Below are positions 27,526 to 37,115 of a stretch of 64,000 nt of DNA, piece by piece (position 1 is the stretch's first letter; every line of letters begins with the position of its first letter). Source of the DNA: an uncultured Clostridia bacterium (lineage in GTDB: Bacteria > Bacillota > Clostridia > TANB77 > CAG-508); NCBI GenBank assembly GCA_944392105.1, contig CALXVM010000008.1, forward strand, positions 2,148 through 66,147, written 5' to 3'. The notes beneath the pieces are model-generated. The model saw only the letters and a list, made by a program, of their open reading frames with translations, searched no databases and had not been told where the DNA came from. The position numbers and the translations under genes are program-made.

Positions 27526-28650
27526 CTAAAACCATATTTCTACACTTGCCTTTGTATAATAATATTCCATCCTTACTCCTAAAACTTCTTGTAATTGTTC
27601 TAAAGTTATAGTAGCTGGAAGTTTATTTCCATGAACTTCGTTATCTTTGTATTGTATTTCATAAGCTTTTCCGTTATAGTCAAATTTCAATCCTGTTGTA
27701 AGTTTATCATTTAAAAGTATTATTTGCTCTGTATTTGTTACAACATCTACTAAACTTACACTATATTCTCTTGTTTGCTTATTAAATAATGCCTTTAATG
27801 GTTGCTTTTCTCCTCCTACAGTATCTCTACTTTTTGCCTGTTTTCCATCTATAACAACCATAAGTTCTTTTGGTGTTTCAAAATTTTCTATATCTTCTGT
27901 CGGAATTTCACTTAAATCCATATTATTTGTTTTTAAATACCAGTAATACTCATATTCTTCCTCATAAATTTGTTGTTCCTCTGAGTTTTCTGGATTGTAA
28001 TATACAGAGCTTACATAATCGTCTTTCCTAATTTTTGGAGTATTTCCAAAGTTAGAAATTTGCAGTCTATATATTTGCATAATTTTCATAGCTTTTTTCG
28101 TAGCATATGGTATTTGTGAGTAATTATCTATATCTATAAACACTTTGCAAGTTAAGAAATAGAACCCCTTATTCATTACACTTTCGTTATAGCCAATTTC
28201 TATTTTAGTACCTTCAAAAAACTCCTCATATTTTGGATTCTCATAATAATACTTAACTAAGTTCTCTTCGAAATCTGTTTTATAATTCCCCTCTATTTCT
28301 TTTTCTGCATTAAACTCTATTATTGGCTCGGTTGTAGTTTTTAACACATATGTACCTGTTCCTCTTCTAGAAACAGTATTATCTTGTACTATTTCAAAAT
28401 TTCTATGGTACCTACTCTCTAACTCTTTTATAAACTTATCTTTATTAGTTCCTGTAAAAAGTTGTATTCTAGGCATTAGTAAGTAAATCATATATATACA
28501 AACTGCCACAAAAGCCAGTATTATTACAATAGTCATTAACTTTGTAAATACACCTAGCCCTTTTATAAAACTATTAGTACCTTCTGGTTTTATATCTTCA
28601 TATCCATTTGCTTTTTTATCTATAATTTCTTGCATTTTTTCAGGTTTCAT
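27526..28650 (-). CDS. Hypothetical membrane-anchored protein
   Basis: Long ORF with one TM segment (LMTIVIILAFVAVCIYMIYLL). I recognise no motif. Confidence 0.6.
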   Translation of the reverse strand: MKPEKMQEIIDKKANGYEDIKPEGTNSFIKGLGVFTKLMTIVIILAFVAVCIYMIYLLMPRIQLFTGTNKDKFIKELESRYHRNFEIVQDNTVSRRGTGTYVLKTTTEPIIEFNAEKEIEGNYKTDFEENLVKYYYENPKYEEFFEGTKIEIGYNESVMNKGFYFLTCKVFIDIDNYSQIPYATKKAMKIMQIYRLQISNFGNTPKIRKDDYVSSVYYNPENSEEQQIYEEEYEYYWYLKTNNMDLSEIPTEDIENFETPKELMVVIDGKQAKSRDTVGGEKQPLKALFNKQTREYSVSLVDVVTNTEQIILLNDKLTTGLKFDYNGKAYEIQYKDNEVHGNKLPATITLEQLQEVLGVRMEYYYTKASVEIWF

Positions 28651-28669
28651 CTTACGTTACTCCTTTTTG

Positions 28670-28699
28670 TTGTCAATTTTCTCCGTCCCCATTGACAAC
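28670..28699 (-). repeat. Family-B palindromic repeat (TTGTCAAT - 13-nt loop TTTCTCCGTCCCC - ATTGACAA)
   Basis: Perfect 8-bp arms. It encodes the last 8 codons and stop (VVNGDGEN*) of the transketolase C-terminal subunit. Two related copies are at 55764-55826. Confidence 0.8.
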
Positions 28700-29614
28700 T
28701 AACTGGCATATCGCTTGTGCGTCTATTCTAAAGTATTTCATTAAATCTGCTGCTTTTCCAGATTTTCCAAAGCAGTCTGGTATTCCCAATCTTATAACTT
28801 TAGTTGGGTATTCTTCTGCTAATACTTCGCATACAGCAGTTCCAAGCCCTCCTATTATACTATGGTCCTCTACTGTAATTATTTTATCTGTTTCTTTAGC
28901 ACATTTTACTATTAATTCTCTATCTATTGGTTTTATTGTATGTATATCAACAACTCTTACGTCAAAACCTCTTTCTTTTAGCAGTTCTTGTGCTTTTAGA
29001 GCTTCTGAAACTGTAACTCCTGTTGCAAATATTGTGGCATCTGTACCATTTCCTATTTGCACACCTTTTCCTATTTCGAATTTTTGATTTTCCTCATATA
29101 TAACAGGTGTTGCAATTCTTGCTAATCTTAAATAAACTGGTCCATCTATTTTAGATATTTCTTCAACTGCCCATTTTGTTTGTACATCATCAGAAGTACT
29201 AATTACTGTCATATTAGGTAGTCCTCTCATTAAGTTTATATCCTCTAACATTTGATGAGTTGCTCCATCTTCTCCCACTGTTACTCCTGCATGTGTTCCG
29301 CAAATTTTAACATTTAATTTTGGATATGCTACACTGCATCTTATTTGGTCATATACTCTACCTGTTGCAAATGCTGCAAACGTACTAACAAAAGGAACTT
29401 TTCCAAATGTTGAAAGCCCATCAGCTATTCCAATCATGTTCTGTTCTGCTATTCCCACATCTATAAATCTATCTGGGAACTTTTTTGCAAATAACGATGT
29501 TTTAGTTGATTTTGCTAAATCTGCATCTATTACAACTACATTTTTATTTTCTTCGCCAAGTTTTTCTAATGCTTCACCAAAACTTTGACGAGTTGCTATT
29601 TTCTCTTCTCTCAT
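28673..29614 (-). CDS. Transketolase, C-terminal (pyrimidine-binding) subunit
   Basis: Typical split-transketolase B subunit (GIAEQNMIGIADGL, EDGATHQ). Confidence 0.9.
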   Translation of the reverse strand: MREEKIATRQSFGEALEKLGEENKNVVVIDADLAKSTKTSLFAKKFPDRFIDVGIAEQNMIGIADGLSTFGKVPFVSTFAAFATGRVYDQIRCSVAYPKLNVKICGTHAGVTVGEDGATHQMLEDINLMRGLPNMTVISTSDDVQTKWAVEEISKIDGPVYLRLARIATPVIYEENQKFEIGKGVQIGNGTDATIFATGVTVSEALKAQELLKERGFDVRVVDIHTIKPIDRELIVKCAKETDKIITVEDHSIIGGLGTAVCEVLAEEYPTKVIRLGIPDCFGKSGKAADLMKYFRIDAQAICQLVVNGDGEN

Positions 29615-29894
29615 TTCTACACCATTGTATGATATGTTAAATAATCATACTCTCCTTTCCTTATTTTTAATTTAAGCTAACTATTTGTTTTTTTACTAGT
29701 TGCTCAACCCTCTATTCCTATACACATTGTACATTTATACTTATTATTTTTTATACAATATCAACTTCACTTATTTACTATTATGCATCTTAATATTACT
29801 TCATTTTTTACATATTCCTTTTAGTATTTTTTACTTAAAATTTAATTATTTTTGATTTTAATTAGTTGTCTAAGCCTTCTATTCAATTTAGCAT

Positions 29895-30716
29895 TTACTT
29901 GCTTAGTTCTTCCATTGCTTTATTATATTCATCTTCATTTGGAGCTTTTCCATGCCAACTTATTTGATTTTCCATAAAAGAAACACCTTTTCCTTTTACA
30001 GTTTTAGCAATTATTATAGTTGGCATACCTTTTTTAGTCCTTGCAGAATTAAAAGCATCAATCAAACTAGATATATTGTGTCCGTCACACTCTATTACAT
30101 TAAATCCAAAACTCATAAATTTATCTGAAATGCTAGATGGCTCAACTATTTCATCTATACTTGTTTCTAACTGTAACCCATTGTTATCTAAAATAACGCA
30201 TAAATTATCTAGTTCATTTTTACTTGCTGTCATTGCCGCTTCCCATATTTGCCCTTCATCTATCTCTCCGTCTCCAATTAAGCAATATACTCTACAACCT
30301 GCACTATCCATTTTAGAAGCAAGTGCCATACCTACAGCAGAAGATAACCCTTGTCCCAACGAACCAGTTGTCATATCTACTCCCGGAACCTTATTCATAT
30401 CTGGATGACCCTGTAGATTACTTCCTATTTTTCTAAATGTCTTTAACAACTCCTTGTCAAAATAACCCTTTCTAGCTAAAGTGGCATATAACGCAGGACT
30501 ACAATGACCTTTTGACAATACAAATCTGTCCCTACCCTCTGCATCTGGCTTTTGTGGATTTATATTCATTTGGTTAAAATATAACACTGTTAAAATATCT
30601 GCACACGAAAGTGAACCTCCTGGGTGTCCAGACTGTGCTAAATATACTTCTTCTATAATATCTTTTCTTATATCATTTGCTATTTTTTTCAAAGCATCAA
30701 TACTTGTAATTTTCAA
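29895..30716 (-). CDS. Transketolase, N-terminal (TPP-binding) subunit
   Basis: SGHPGGSLSCADIL and GDGEIDEGQIWEA. It is separated from the C-terminal subunit gene by an unusually long ~280-nt spacer. Confidence 0.9.
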   Translation of the reverse strand: MKITSIDALKKIANDIRKDIIEEVYLAQSGHPGGSLSCADILTVLYFNQMNINPQKPDAEGRDRFVLSKGHCSPALYATLARKGYFDKELLKTFRKIGSNLQGHPDMNKVPGVDMTTGSLGQGLSSAVGMALASKMDSAGCRVYCLIGDGEIDEGQIWEAAMTASKNELDNLCVILDNNGLQLETSIDEIVEPSSISDKFMSFGFNVIECDGHNISSLIDAFNSARTKKGMPTIIIAKTVKGKGVSFMENQISWHGKAPNEDEYNKAMEELSK

Positions 30717-30813
30717 AAATATTACCTCCTTTTAAACACATATATTAGTATTTCATTTTAGTTATACCATAACGAAAAATTAATTACAATAATAAATCCT
30801 AAGTTTGATTTTA

Positions 30814-31938
30814 CTGTAGGTTTGTCAAACATATGTCACACTTTCATAGAAACATCTATTGTTGAAATACCAAGTATGACTTTTCTGAACTTTAGTTTCT
30901 TATGTATTCTAAATATTTTTCTTTTGGACTTAACCATTTTAACGGTTTCATAGGAAAATCGTTGTACTCTCTTTCCCATTTTTTTAATCTATTTTTAAAG
31001 TCTTCAAAACTATAAAATACTTTATTGTAGTAAAATCTTTCTTGATCTTTTCTATGACTTCTTTCTACTTTTCCGTTATGCCTTGGTGTCTTCGGTTTTA
31101 TTAGTTTATGTTTTATCCCTAACTCTTCTAATTTCTTCTCAAATCTTGTTTTTCTCTTTGTTGGATTTGGATTTAGCCTATTAGTAAATTCAGTTCCGTT
31201 ATCTGTCTGTATACATTCTATTTTAAATGGAAATGCTTTTATGATATATTCTATAAATTCTGCTGATGCACTTGTGCTTACTTCTTTGCTTGCCCATAGT
31301 TTTCTCATTCTTGTATACTCGTCTATTGCTGTATACTGATAATATCTATCATCTGTTTCTATTACTTCTTTTGTTAAACTTTTCTTTGGTACATATTTTA
31401 CGTCTATTTGTATTCTTTCTCCTGGATACTTCATCTGTTGATATGCTTTTGCTTCATACTCTTTCTTTTTACTTGGTGTTTTCCTATATATTCCTATTCT
31501 TTGCATTACTCTATACAAACTTGTTATACTTCTTGTATATCCTGCTCTTCTTAATTTTATCCACAACACCACTAATCCTGTATCCTTATTTTTGTATTTG
31601 TAATCTTTTATTAGCTTTATTTCTTCTTTTGTATGTTGATTTGGATGGCTATGTGGTTTTCTTGATTTATTAATTAATGATTTTGCTGTACCATCATATT
31701 TTTCTCGCCATCTATATATTGTTTTTCTATGCATTTTAAATTGAATTGCTGCCTTTGTTACTCCATGTTTATAAGAATATTTGATAACTGATTGCTTATA
31801 CATTATATCTTGTGTTATACTATTCATAGGAAATACCTTCTTTCGATAAAGATTTTGTGGTTAAAATCATTTTATCATATTTTTGGTATTTCCTGTTTTT
31901 ATTTTTTCTTACTGTGACATATCTATTGTAAACCTATA
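30814..31938 (-). mobile_element. Insertion sequence (IS481/IS3-like, DDE integrase-type transposase) with ~26-bp imperfect terminal inverted repeats
   Basis: Left end TGTAGGTTTGTCAAACATATGTCACA. The right end reverse-complements to TATAGGTTTACAATAGATATGTCACA. It is flanked by identical 26-bp direct repeats AATAATAAATCCTAAGTTTGATTTTA (30788-30813 and 31939-31964). Confidence 0.8.
30892..31827 (-). CDS. DDE (rve-type) transposase
   Basis: N-terminal HTH (HRKTIYRWREKY). Catalytic candidates are IQIDVKYV, IQTDNGTEF and HNGKVERSH. Confidence 0.85.
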   Translation of the reverse strand: MNSITQDIMYKQSVIKYSYKHGVTKAAIQFKMHRKTIYRWREKYDGTAKSLINKSRKPHSHPNQHTKEEIKLIKDYKYKNKDTGLVVLWIKLRRAGYTRSITSLYRVMQRIGIYRKTPSKKKEYEAKAYQQMKYPGERIQIDVKYVPKKSLTKEVIETDDRYYQYTAIDEYTRMRKLWASKEVSTSASAEFIEYIIKAFPFKIECIQTDNGTEFTNRLNPNPTKRKTRFEKKLEELGIKHKLIKPKTPRHNGKVERSHRKDQERFYYNKVFYSFEDFKNRLKKWEREYNDFPMKPLKWLSPKEKYLEYIRN

Positions 31939-31983
31939 AATAATAAATCCTAAGTTTGATTTTATATTTTAAAAATATACTTT

Positions 31984-32247
31984 TTATAAGTCTTTTACTG
32001 TAGGTCCATATATCATTTTTCCTGTGTAATCATATCTTGAACCATGACAAGGGCAATCCCAAGTTTTGTCTAAGTTATTCCAAATAAGTTCACACCCCAA
32101 ATGTGCACATTTTGAACTAACAGTATATATCTTTCCATCTTTATCTTTGTACGCTCCTACTTTTTCTCCATCAATATCTATTATTTTACCTTCTCCTTCT
32201 TTTAAGTTTTCTTGTTCTTTTTCTGGTAATACAAACTTTTTAATCAC
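31984..32247 (-). CDS. Rieske [2Fe-2S] domain protein (short, possibly truncated)
   Basis: Cluster ligands CAHLGC ... CPCHGS. Only 87 aa. It lies next to the IS. Confidence 0.7.
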   Translation of the reverse strand: MIKKFVLPEKEQENLKEGEGKIIDIDGEKVGAYKDKDGKIYTVSSKCAHLGCELIWNNLDKTWDCPCHGSRYDYTGKMIYGPTVKDL

Positions 32248-32435
32248 AAGTGAATTTACTGTTTCTTTTGTGACAACTGTTCAAGGCTATTGCCGAGTTA
32301 CAGTTGTCCAAAAGGGGAAAGGCTTTAAAATTATAAAATACTTTTTAGGGAGCTTTTCTATATATTAAATTTTGATATGGAATTCAATAAGATTATTAAT
32401 AAAATATTGCAAAAAATAGACCTATAATAATAGAT

Positions 32436-32933
32436 CTATTTCATTGAATTAATATAATCTAATATATCTTTAGTATTCTCTTCCGATACGAAACTTGCTC
32501 CATTTTCTAATACTTGTGACAGTTCTTCACTTCCTGGTTTATTCTCTTTCTTTATAGCACTGCCTACTAATTTAATTACTCTTTTAAATAGCCAATTTAA
32601 CTTAGAATAATCAATTCCTCCACGCATATAAAACAATTCCTGATTAACATTATTTCCATTTTTTAATTCTGTTAAATACTCTGTAGTTGATGGATATATT
32701 CCCACTGCCCCACAACATTTTATATCATACATTTTATTGGATTTACTATACCCACAAATTCTACCTGCACACACCCATCCTAAATAAATAATTTCATCAC
32801 CTTTACTTAAATATTTGATTGCATCTTTAATATCATAACATGGAATATTTAATTTTTTACTTAAAAATATAGCATACTGCATTGTATGACCAGCATTACT
32901 TTTATAAACAATAGCTTTCATAATATTTCCCAC
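32436..32933 (-). CDS. Flavodoxin-like fold protein
   Basis: N-terminal KAIVYKSNAGHT pattern and size fit a flavodoxin-like domain. The assignment is weak. Confidence 0.5.
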   Translation of the reverse strand: MGNIMKAIVYKSNAGHTMQYAIFLSKKLNIPCYDIKDAIKYLSKGDEIIYLGWVCAGRICGYSKSNKMYDIKCCGAVGIYPSTTEYLTELKNGNNVNQELFYMRGGIDYSKLNWLFKRVIKLVGSAIKKENKPGSEELSQVLENGASFVSEENTKDILDYINSMK

Positions 32934-32943
32934 ATACTCTCTT

Positions 32944-33498
32944 TTAAAAATCTATATCTGGACTATCCTCTTCCCCATCTAATTCAAACAACTTCATCTC
33001 TTTAAACTTAAACAATTTAGCTACTAAATTAGTAGGAAAAGTACTAATTCTAGTATTATATCTTGTCACATCATTATTGTAAATTCTTCTTGCTGCTTGA
33101 AGTTGGCTTTCTACTTTTATTAATGTTCTTTGTAGCTTTAAAAATTGCTCACTTGCTTTTAAATCCGGATAATTCTCTATTATAGCCATTATTGATTTAT
33201 ATTGTTTTGTCAATCCATTTGCCGCTTCAACACTTTTATTCATGTTATACTCTGCTCTTAATTTAGCAACATTTTCTAAAATTTCACTTTCATGGCTTAC
33301 ATATCCCTTTGTTACCTCTACCAAATTTGGTATAAGGTCAAACCTTTGCTGTAAATATACATCTATTCCACTCTGAGACTGCACAGCCTTTTTTCTTAAA
33401 GTTACAAGGTTATTAAATATTCCAATTATCACAAACATTAATATAACTATTATTATTCCAATTATATATATCATAATTTTCTCCTCATAAAATGACAA
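32944..33498 (-). CDS. LemA family protein
   Basis: N-terminal TM segment followed by NNLVTLRKKAVQSQSGIDVYLQQRFDLIPNLV, characteristic of LemA. Confidence 0.85.
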   Translation of the reverse strand: MSFYEEKIMIYIIGIIIVILMFVIIGIFNNLVTLRKKAVQSQSGIDVYLQQRFDLIPNLVEVTKGYVSHESEILENVAKLRAEYNMNKSVEAANGLTKQYKSIMAIIENYPDLKASEQFLKLQRTLIKVESQLQAARRIYNNDVTRYNTRISTFPTNLVAKLFKFKEMKLFELDGEEDSPDIDF

Positions 33499-33606
33499 TA
33501 TATTTTATTTTTTGTTTATTTTATCATATAAAATTTTATAATACAACATTATTGTTTTTAATTTTTATCTATGATATTATCTACATATAAAAGGAGGTTA
33601 AACATT

Positions 33607-33987
33607 ATGAATAAAAGATTGTGCAATACAATTTTATTTATATATTATTTGATAGCTGTATTTATACTAAACCTTACTATGCGAAAAAGTTTCATAAACA
33701 ATTATATACGTAATACAATTATAGCTTTTGTTATTCTTGCTATAATATTTTTTATATTACTTATTATTTTTAAAATAATAGACAAAAAGACTATTGCTAA
33801 ATTTGCCACAATAACTGAACCAACAATAGAATTTGAAGACTTGTATTCTAAGTTATATGTTCTTTACGTAAAAAAATTAGAAAAACTAAAAAAACAAACA
33901 ATAATTTTTGCAATTATTTCAATAATCTTTTTTTTTCAATTATTTAGATTAATTAAATTATTTTTTATAATAGTATCTGACAAATAA
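33607..33987 (+). CDS. Hypothetical small membrane protein
   Basis: ATG 33607 is preceded by AAAGGAGG. Three hydrophobic segments. Its 3' end overlaps the convergent gene by ~50 nt. Confidence 0.45.
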   Translation: MNKRLCNTILFIYYLIAVFILNLTMRKSFINNYIRNTIIAFVILAIIFFILLIIFKIIDKKTIAKFATITEPTIEFEDLYSKLYVLYVKKLEKLKKQTIIFAIISIIFFFQLFRLIKLFFIIVSDK

Positions 33988-35801
33988 ATTTCGTTTTCCA
34001 TTTTTTGTAGTAATTTTTTTAAATCATCTGTTGCTTCTATTTCTTCTCCACTTACTCTGTCATAATATTTTCCATGCATATAGTAATATTTACTTGTAAT
34101 AAACCCAAGCCCTTTTATAAAAGAATAATCTTTATTAGAAAAAATACTAGCACCTATTGAAAATTTATCCTCTACATCTAATAGATCTAATATTGTTGGC
34201 TTTATATCAATTTTTGCCAAAGATTTCTCTATTATACTACTTTCATTTATATTTGGTATTTTTATTCCAAATGGTATATGTATATCTTTAGTTGCATCTT
34301 CAAAGTCTGTGTACTTTATTCCATTTTCTTCGTATAATCTTGTAACATCACTTATACTAGTTAAGCTTGCTCCATGGTCTCCATATACTACAATTATGCT
34401 GTTTTGCATTAGTCCTGTTTCTTCTAATCCTTCAATAAATTTGCCAAATGCATAATCAACAAAATTGCATGATATTATATAATTCCTAAATGTTTCATCC
34501 TCATACTCGCTAACATCTTCCTGTGTTATCGTAACTTTCTCAGATAAGTTTGAAACACCTGTTAAGTAAAATGGTATATGTGTTGTAACACTTACTAAAG
34601 TAGCACAAAACTTTTTGTCATACGAATCCATTATTTTAACAGCTTCCTCGAAAAATCCTTCGTCAGAATAAAACTCTCCCGCTTGCTCTATATTAGGAAA
34701 CTTGCTAATATCATTGTATTCATCCACATTATACCCAGCTTTATATACTTCTTCTCTATTCCAAAAAGTACTTGTATTAGGATGCATAAAAGATGTATAG
34801 TACCCATTACCTTTAAGTATAGAAAAAATATCTAGCCAAGTATTATTTGAATACTTTTGAAATACATATCCATTTTCTAATGGATACATTGAATTTTCCA
34901 TTTCGAACTCTGAATCTGCTGTACTGCCAAGTCCTTGATTATACATATTATTACAATAAATATTTTCACTAAAAAATATATTTAAGTTTGGCGTTATTTC
35001 TTTTCCATTAACTTTTTTTCCTATAATAAATTCGTTCAAGCTTTCTAGCTGTAAAATAATTACATTGCTATCTTTTGCTATGCCTGTATACTCAGTACTT
35101 TTTTCTTTTTCGCTTACGTTTTCTTCATACGCATTTTTCATTTTTTCTTCATCTATTTTTTCTTTTACAAACATACTAGAAAAATAATCTTTTGCATCTT
35201 CATAATGATAATAATAAATTGATGCATTTTCAACAATTAACGATTTGTTATAGCTTTTTGATGCATAAATTTCATTTATCTGCCCTCTTATTGTCAAAAT
35301 ATTTGCTAGTAAAATAATGCATATTAAAACTGTTTTTAATATTTTATTAGAATAATATGTACTTTTAAATTTTTTATAGCATAATATACTCAACAATAAA
35401 ATTAAAATATTATCAATAAAAAAGATAAATATACTCTTTATATTTATAATACAAGCCACTCCACTCGCTATTTCTTTGGAATACTTTATATTTTCAATTT
35501 GATAAAAAGATAAGAAATTGGTTGAATAACTATAATATAAAAAATCTGCATAAATTATAATTGTTACCAATAAATAAACGACATTTAAGTATATATATCC
35601 AAATTTATTTTTATGATTAATTGTCGGACACATTATTAATAACGCTACTAAAATTGTGTATAATATAGTATTTATATTTACTCCTAATCCTATTAAATTA
35701 TTTATTAATAATCCTTTATAAACTAGTAATATTACCCCTATAAAAAATATAAAATTATTTTGTAGTATATCTAATGCTACTTTTTTTATGCCTTCTTTCA
35801 T
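33936..35801 (-). CDS. LTA synthase-family sulfatase (polytopic N-terminus + extracellular alkaline-phosphatase-like domain)
   Basis: Five or more N-terminal TM helices, then a sulfatase-type domain (ILQLESLN, STADSEFE, VVYGDHGAS). Confidence 0.8.
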   Translation of the reverse strand: MKEGIKKVALDILQNNFIFFIGVILLVYKGLLINNLIGLGVNINTILYTILVALLIMCPTINHKNKFGYIYLNVVYLLVTIIIYADFLYYSYSTNFLSFYQIENIKYSKEIASGVACIINIKSIFIFFIDNILILLLSILCYKKFKSTYYSNKILKTVLICIILLANILTIRGQINEIYASKSYNKSLIVENASIYYYHYEDAKDYFSSMFVKEKIDEEKMKNAYEENVSEKEKSTEYTGIAKDSNVIILQLESLNEFIIGKKVNGKEITPNLNIFFSENIYCNNMYNQGLGSTADSEFEMENSMYPLENGYVFQKYSNNTWLDIFSILKGNGYYTSFMHPNTSTFWNREEVYKAGYNVDEYNDISKFPNIEQAGEFYSDEGFFEEAVKIMDSYDKKFCATLVSVTTHIPFYLTGVSNLSEKVTITQEDVSEYEDETFRNYIISCNFVDYAFGKFIEGLEETGLMQNSIIVVYGDHGASLTSISDVTRLYEENGIKYTDFEDATKDIHIPFGIKIPNINESSIIEKSLAKIDIKPTILDLLDVEDKFSIGASIFSNKDYSFIKGLGFITSKYYYMHGKYYDRVSGEEIEATDDLKKLLQKMENEIYLSDTIIKNNLINLNN

Positions 35802-35893
35802 TATTCCTCCAACTATTACACATATTACCTGTTATAATACCATAAAAAAGGAAATTATTCTACATAATTTCCAAATATAATTTATCTACTTTT

Positions 35894-36862
35894 TTACAGC
35901 ATACTTAATATATAAATAATATACACAACAATTAATAAAACACCTTTTTTTCTATCTAATTCCCTATTTTTATTAAAAGTTGTCATTAATTGTAAGCATA
36001 TAGTTACTGCAATTAAAACAAATATGCTGCTATTAAAATTAGCGGTAAATCTTAAAGGATTAATAATAGCTCCTAGCCCAATTAATAAACACAAATTTAA
36101 AATATTAGAACCTGTTATATTGCCCAGTAATAAATCAGACTCATTCTTTTTGGCTGATATAATTCCTGTAATAATCTCTGGTAAAGCAGTTCCAACAGCT
36201 ACAATGGTCATTCCAATAAATCTTTCCGATAGCCCTAAACTTTCGGCAATTAAAATAGAATTGTCTACCACAAAATCCGAACCAAATTTTAGCCCTAATA
36301 TTCCTAAAATAAAGAAAATAATAATTGTCCAAACAGATTTTACTTCTTTTGACTCTACTTCTTTTATAATTTCATCATCTATTTTTCTATCTTTTAACTT
36401 TTTTTCTTCATATATGGTGTAAATAATATATAATATTGTACATATTAATAATGCAATTCCTTGCCATCTATCAATAATATGAACTTCTCCTAATTTTGTT
36501 ATATTGCCTAAAAATAGTAATAGCAACATAGCCATAACACTAATTGGCAAATGTCTTTTTATAATCCTATTATCAAACTTTACAGGTCTAACTATCGCTG
36601 AAATTCCTATTACAAATAAAAAATTGCAGATACAACTACCTATAGCATTTCCAATAATTAAATCTGAATGCCCATTTATAGAAGATGTAATAGTAATAAA
36701 AATCTCCGGAAGTGAAGTACCTATTGCTACTATTGTTAGTCCTATTAGCATTTCAGAAAGCCCGAACTTTTTAGCAATGCTTGTGGCAGATTTTACTAAT
36801 AAATCTGCACCTTTTACTAGAAAAATAAAACCTATTATTATAAAAAGTATTTCCAATAACAA
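35894..36862 (-). CDS. Ca2+/Na+ antiporter (CaCA / YrbG family)
   Basis: Two alpha-repeats: GTSLPE...GNAIGSCICN and GTALPE...GNITGSNILN. Confidence 0.85.
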   Translation of the reverse strand: MLLEILFIIIGFIFLVKGADLLVKSATSIAKKFGLSEMLIGLTIVAIGTSLPEIFITITSSINGHSDLIIGNAIGSCICNFLFVIGISAIVRPVKFDNRIIKRHLPISVMAMLLLLFLGNITKLGEVHIIDRWQGIALLICTILYIIYTIYEEKKLKDRKIDDEIIKEVESKEVKSVWTIIIFFILGILGLKFGSDFVVDNSILIAESLGLSERFIGMTIVAVGTALPEIITGIISAKKNESDLLLGNITGSNILNLCLLIGLGAIINPLRFTANFNSSIFVLIAVTICLQLMTTFNKNRELDRKKGVLLIVVYIIYILSML

Positions 36863-37060
36863 ATTATTTTCCCCTTTATTTTTTATTATTTATATAAAAT
36901 TATTAAGTAAGTCAATTTAAAATAAAATATTAAATTCTATTTTAAATTAAAATATTAAATTAAACTATTAAATTTTATTTTAAATTAAAATTATACTAAA
37001 AACAGTAGCTTTATTCTATTTAGTTTTAAGTTTGAATATATAATATAAATGTAAGTTCTT

Positions 37061-37115
37061 GCTGACCTGTCCCCAATTTCCCGATTTGGGAAGTTGGGAC
37101 CTGTCCCTAATTTCC
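37061..37115 (-). repeat. Family-A palindromic repeat, one unit, central loop inverted relative to other copies
   Basis: GCTGACCTGTCCCCAATTTCCCGATTTGGGAAGTTGGGACCTGTCCCTAATTTCC. The loop is GATTT here and AAATC at 3929, 20807 and 63156. The last 9 nt encode G-N-stop of the ATPase. Confidence 0.85.
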
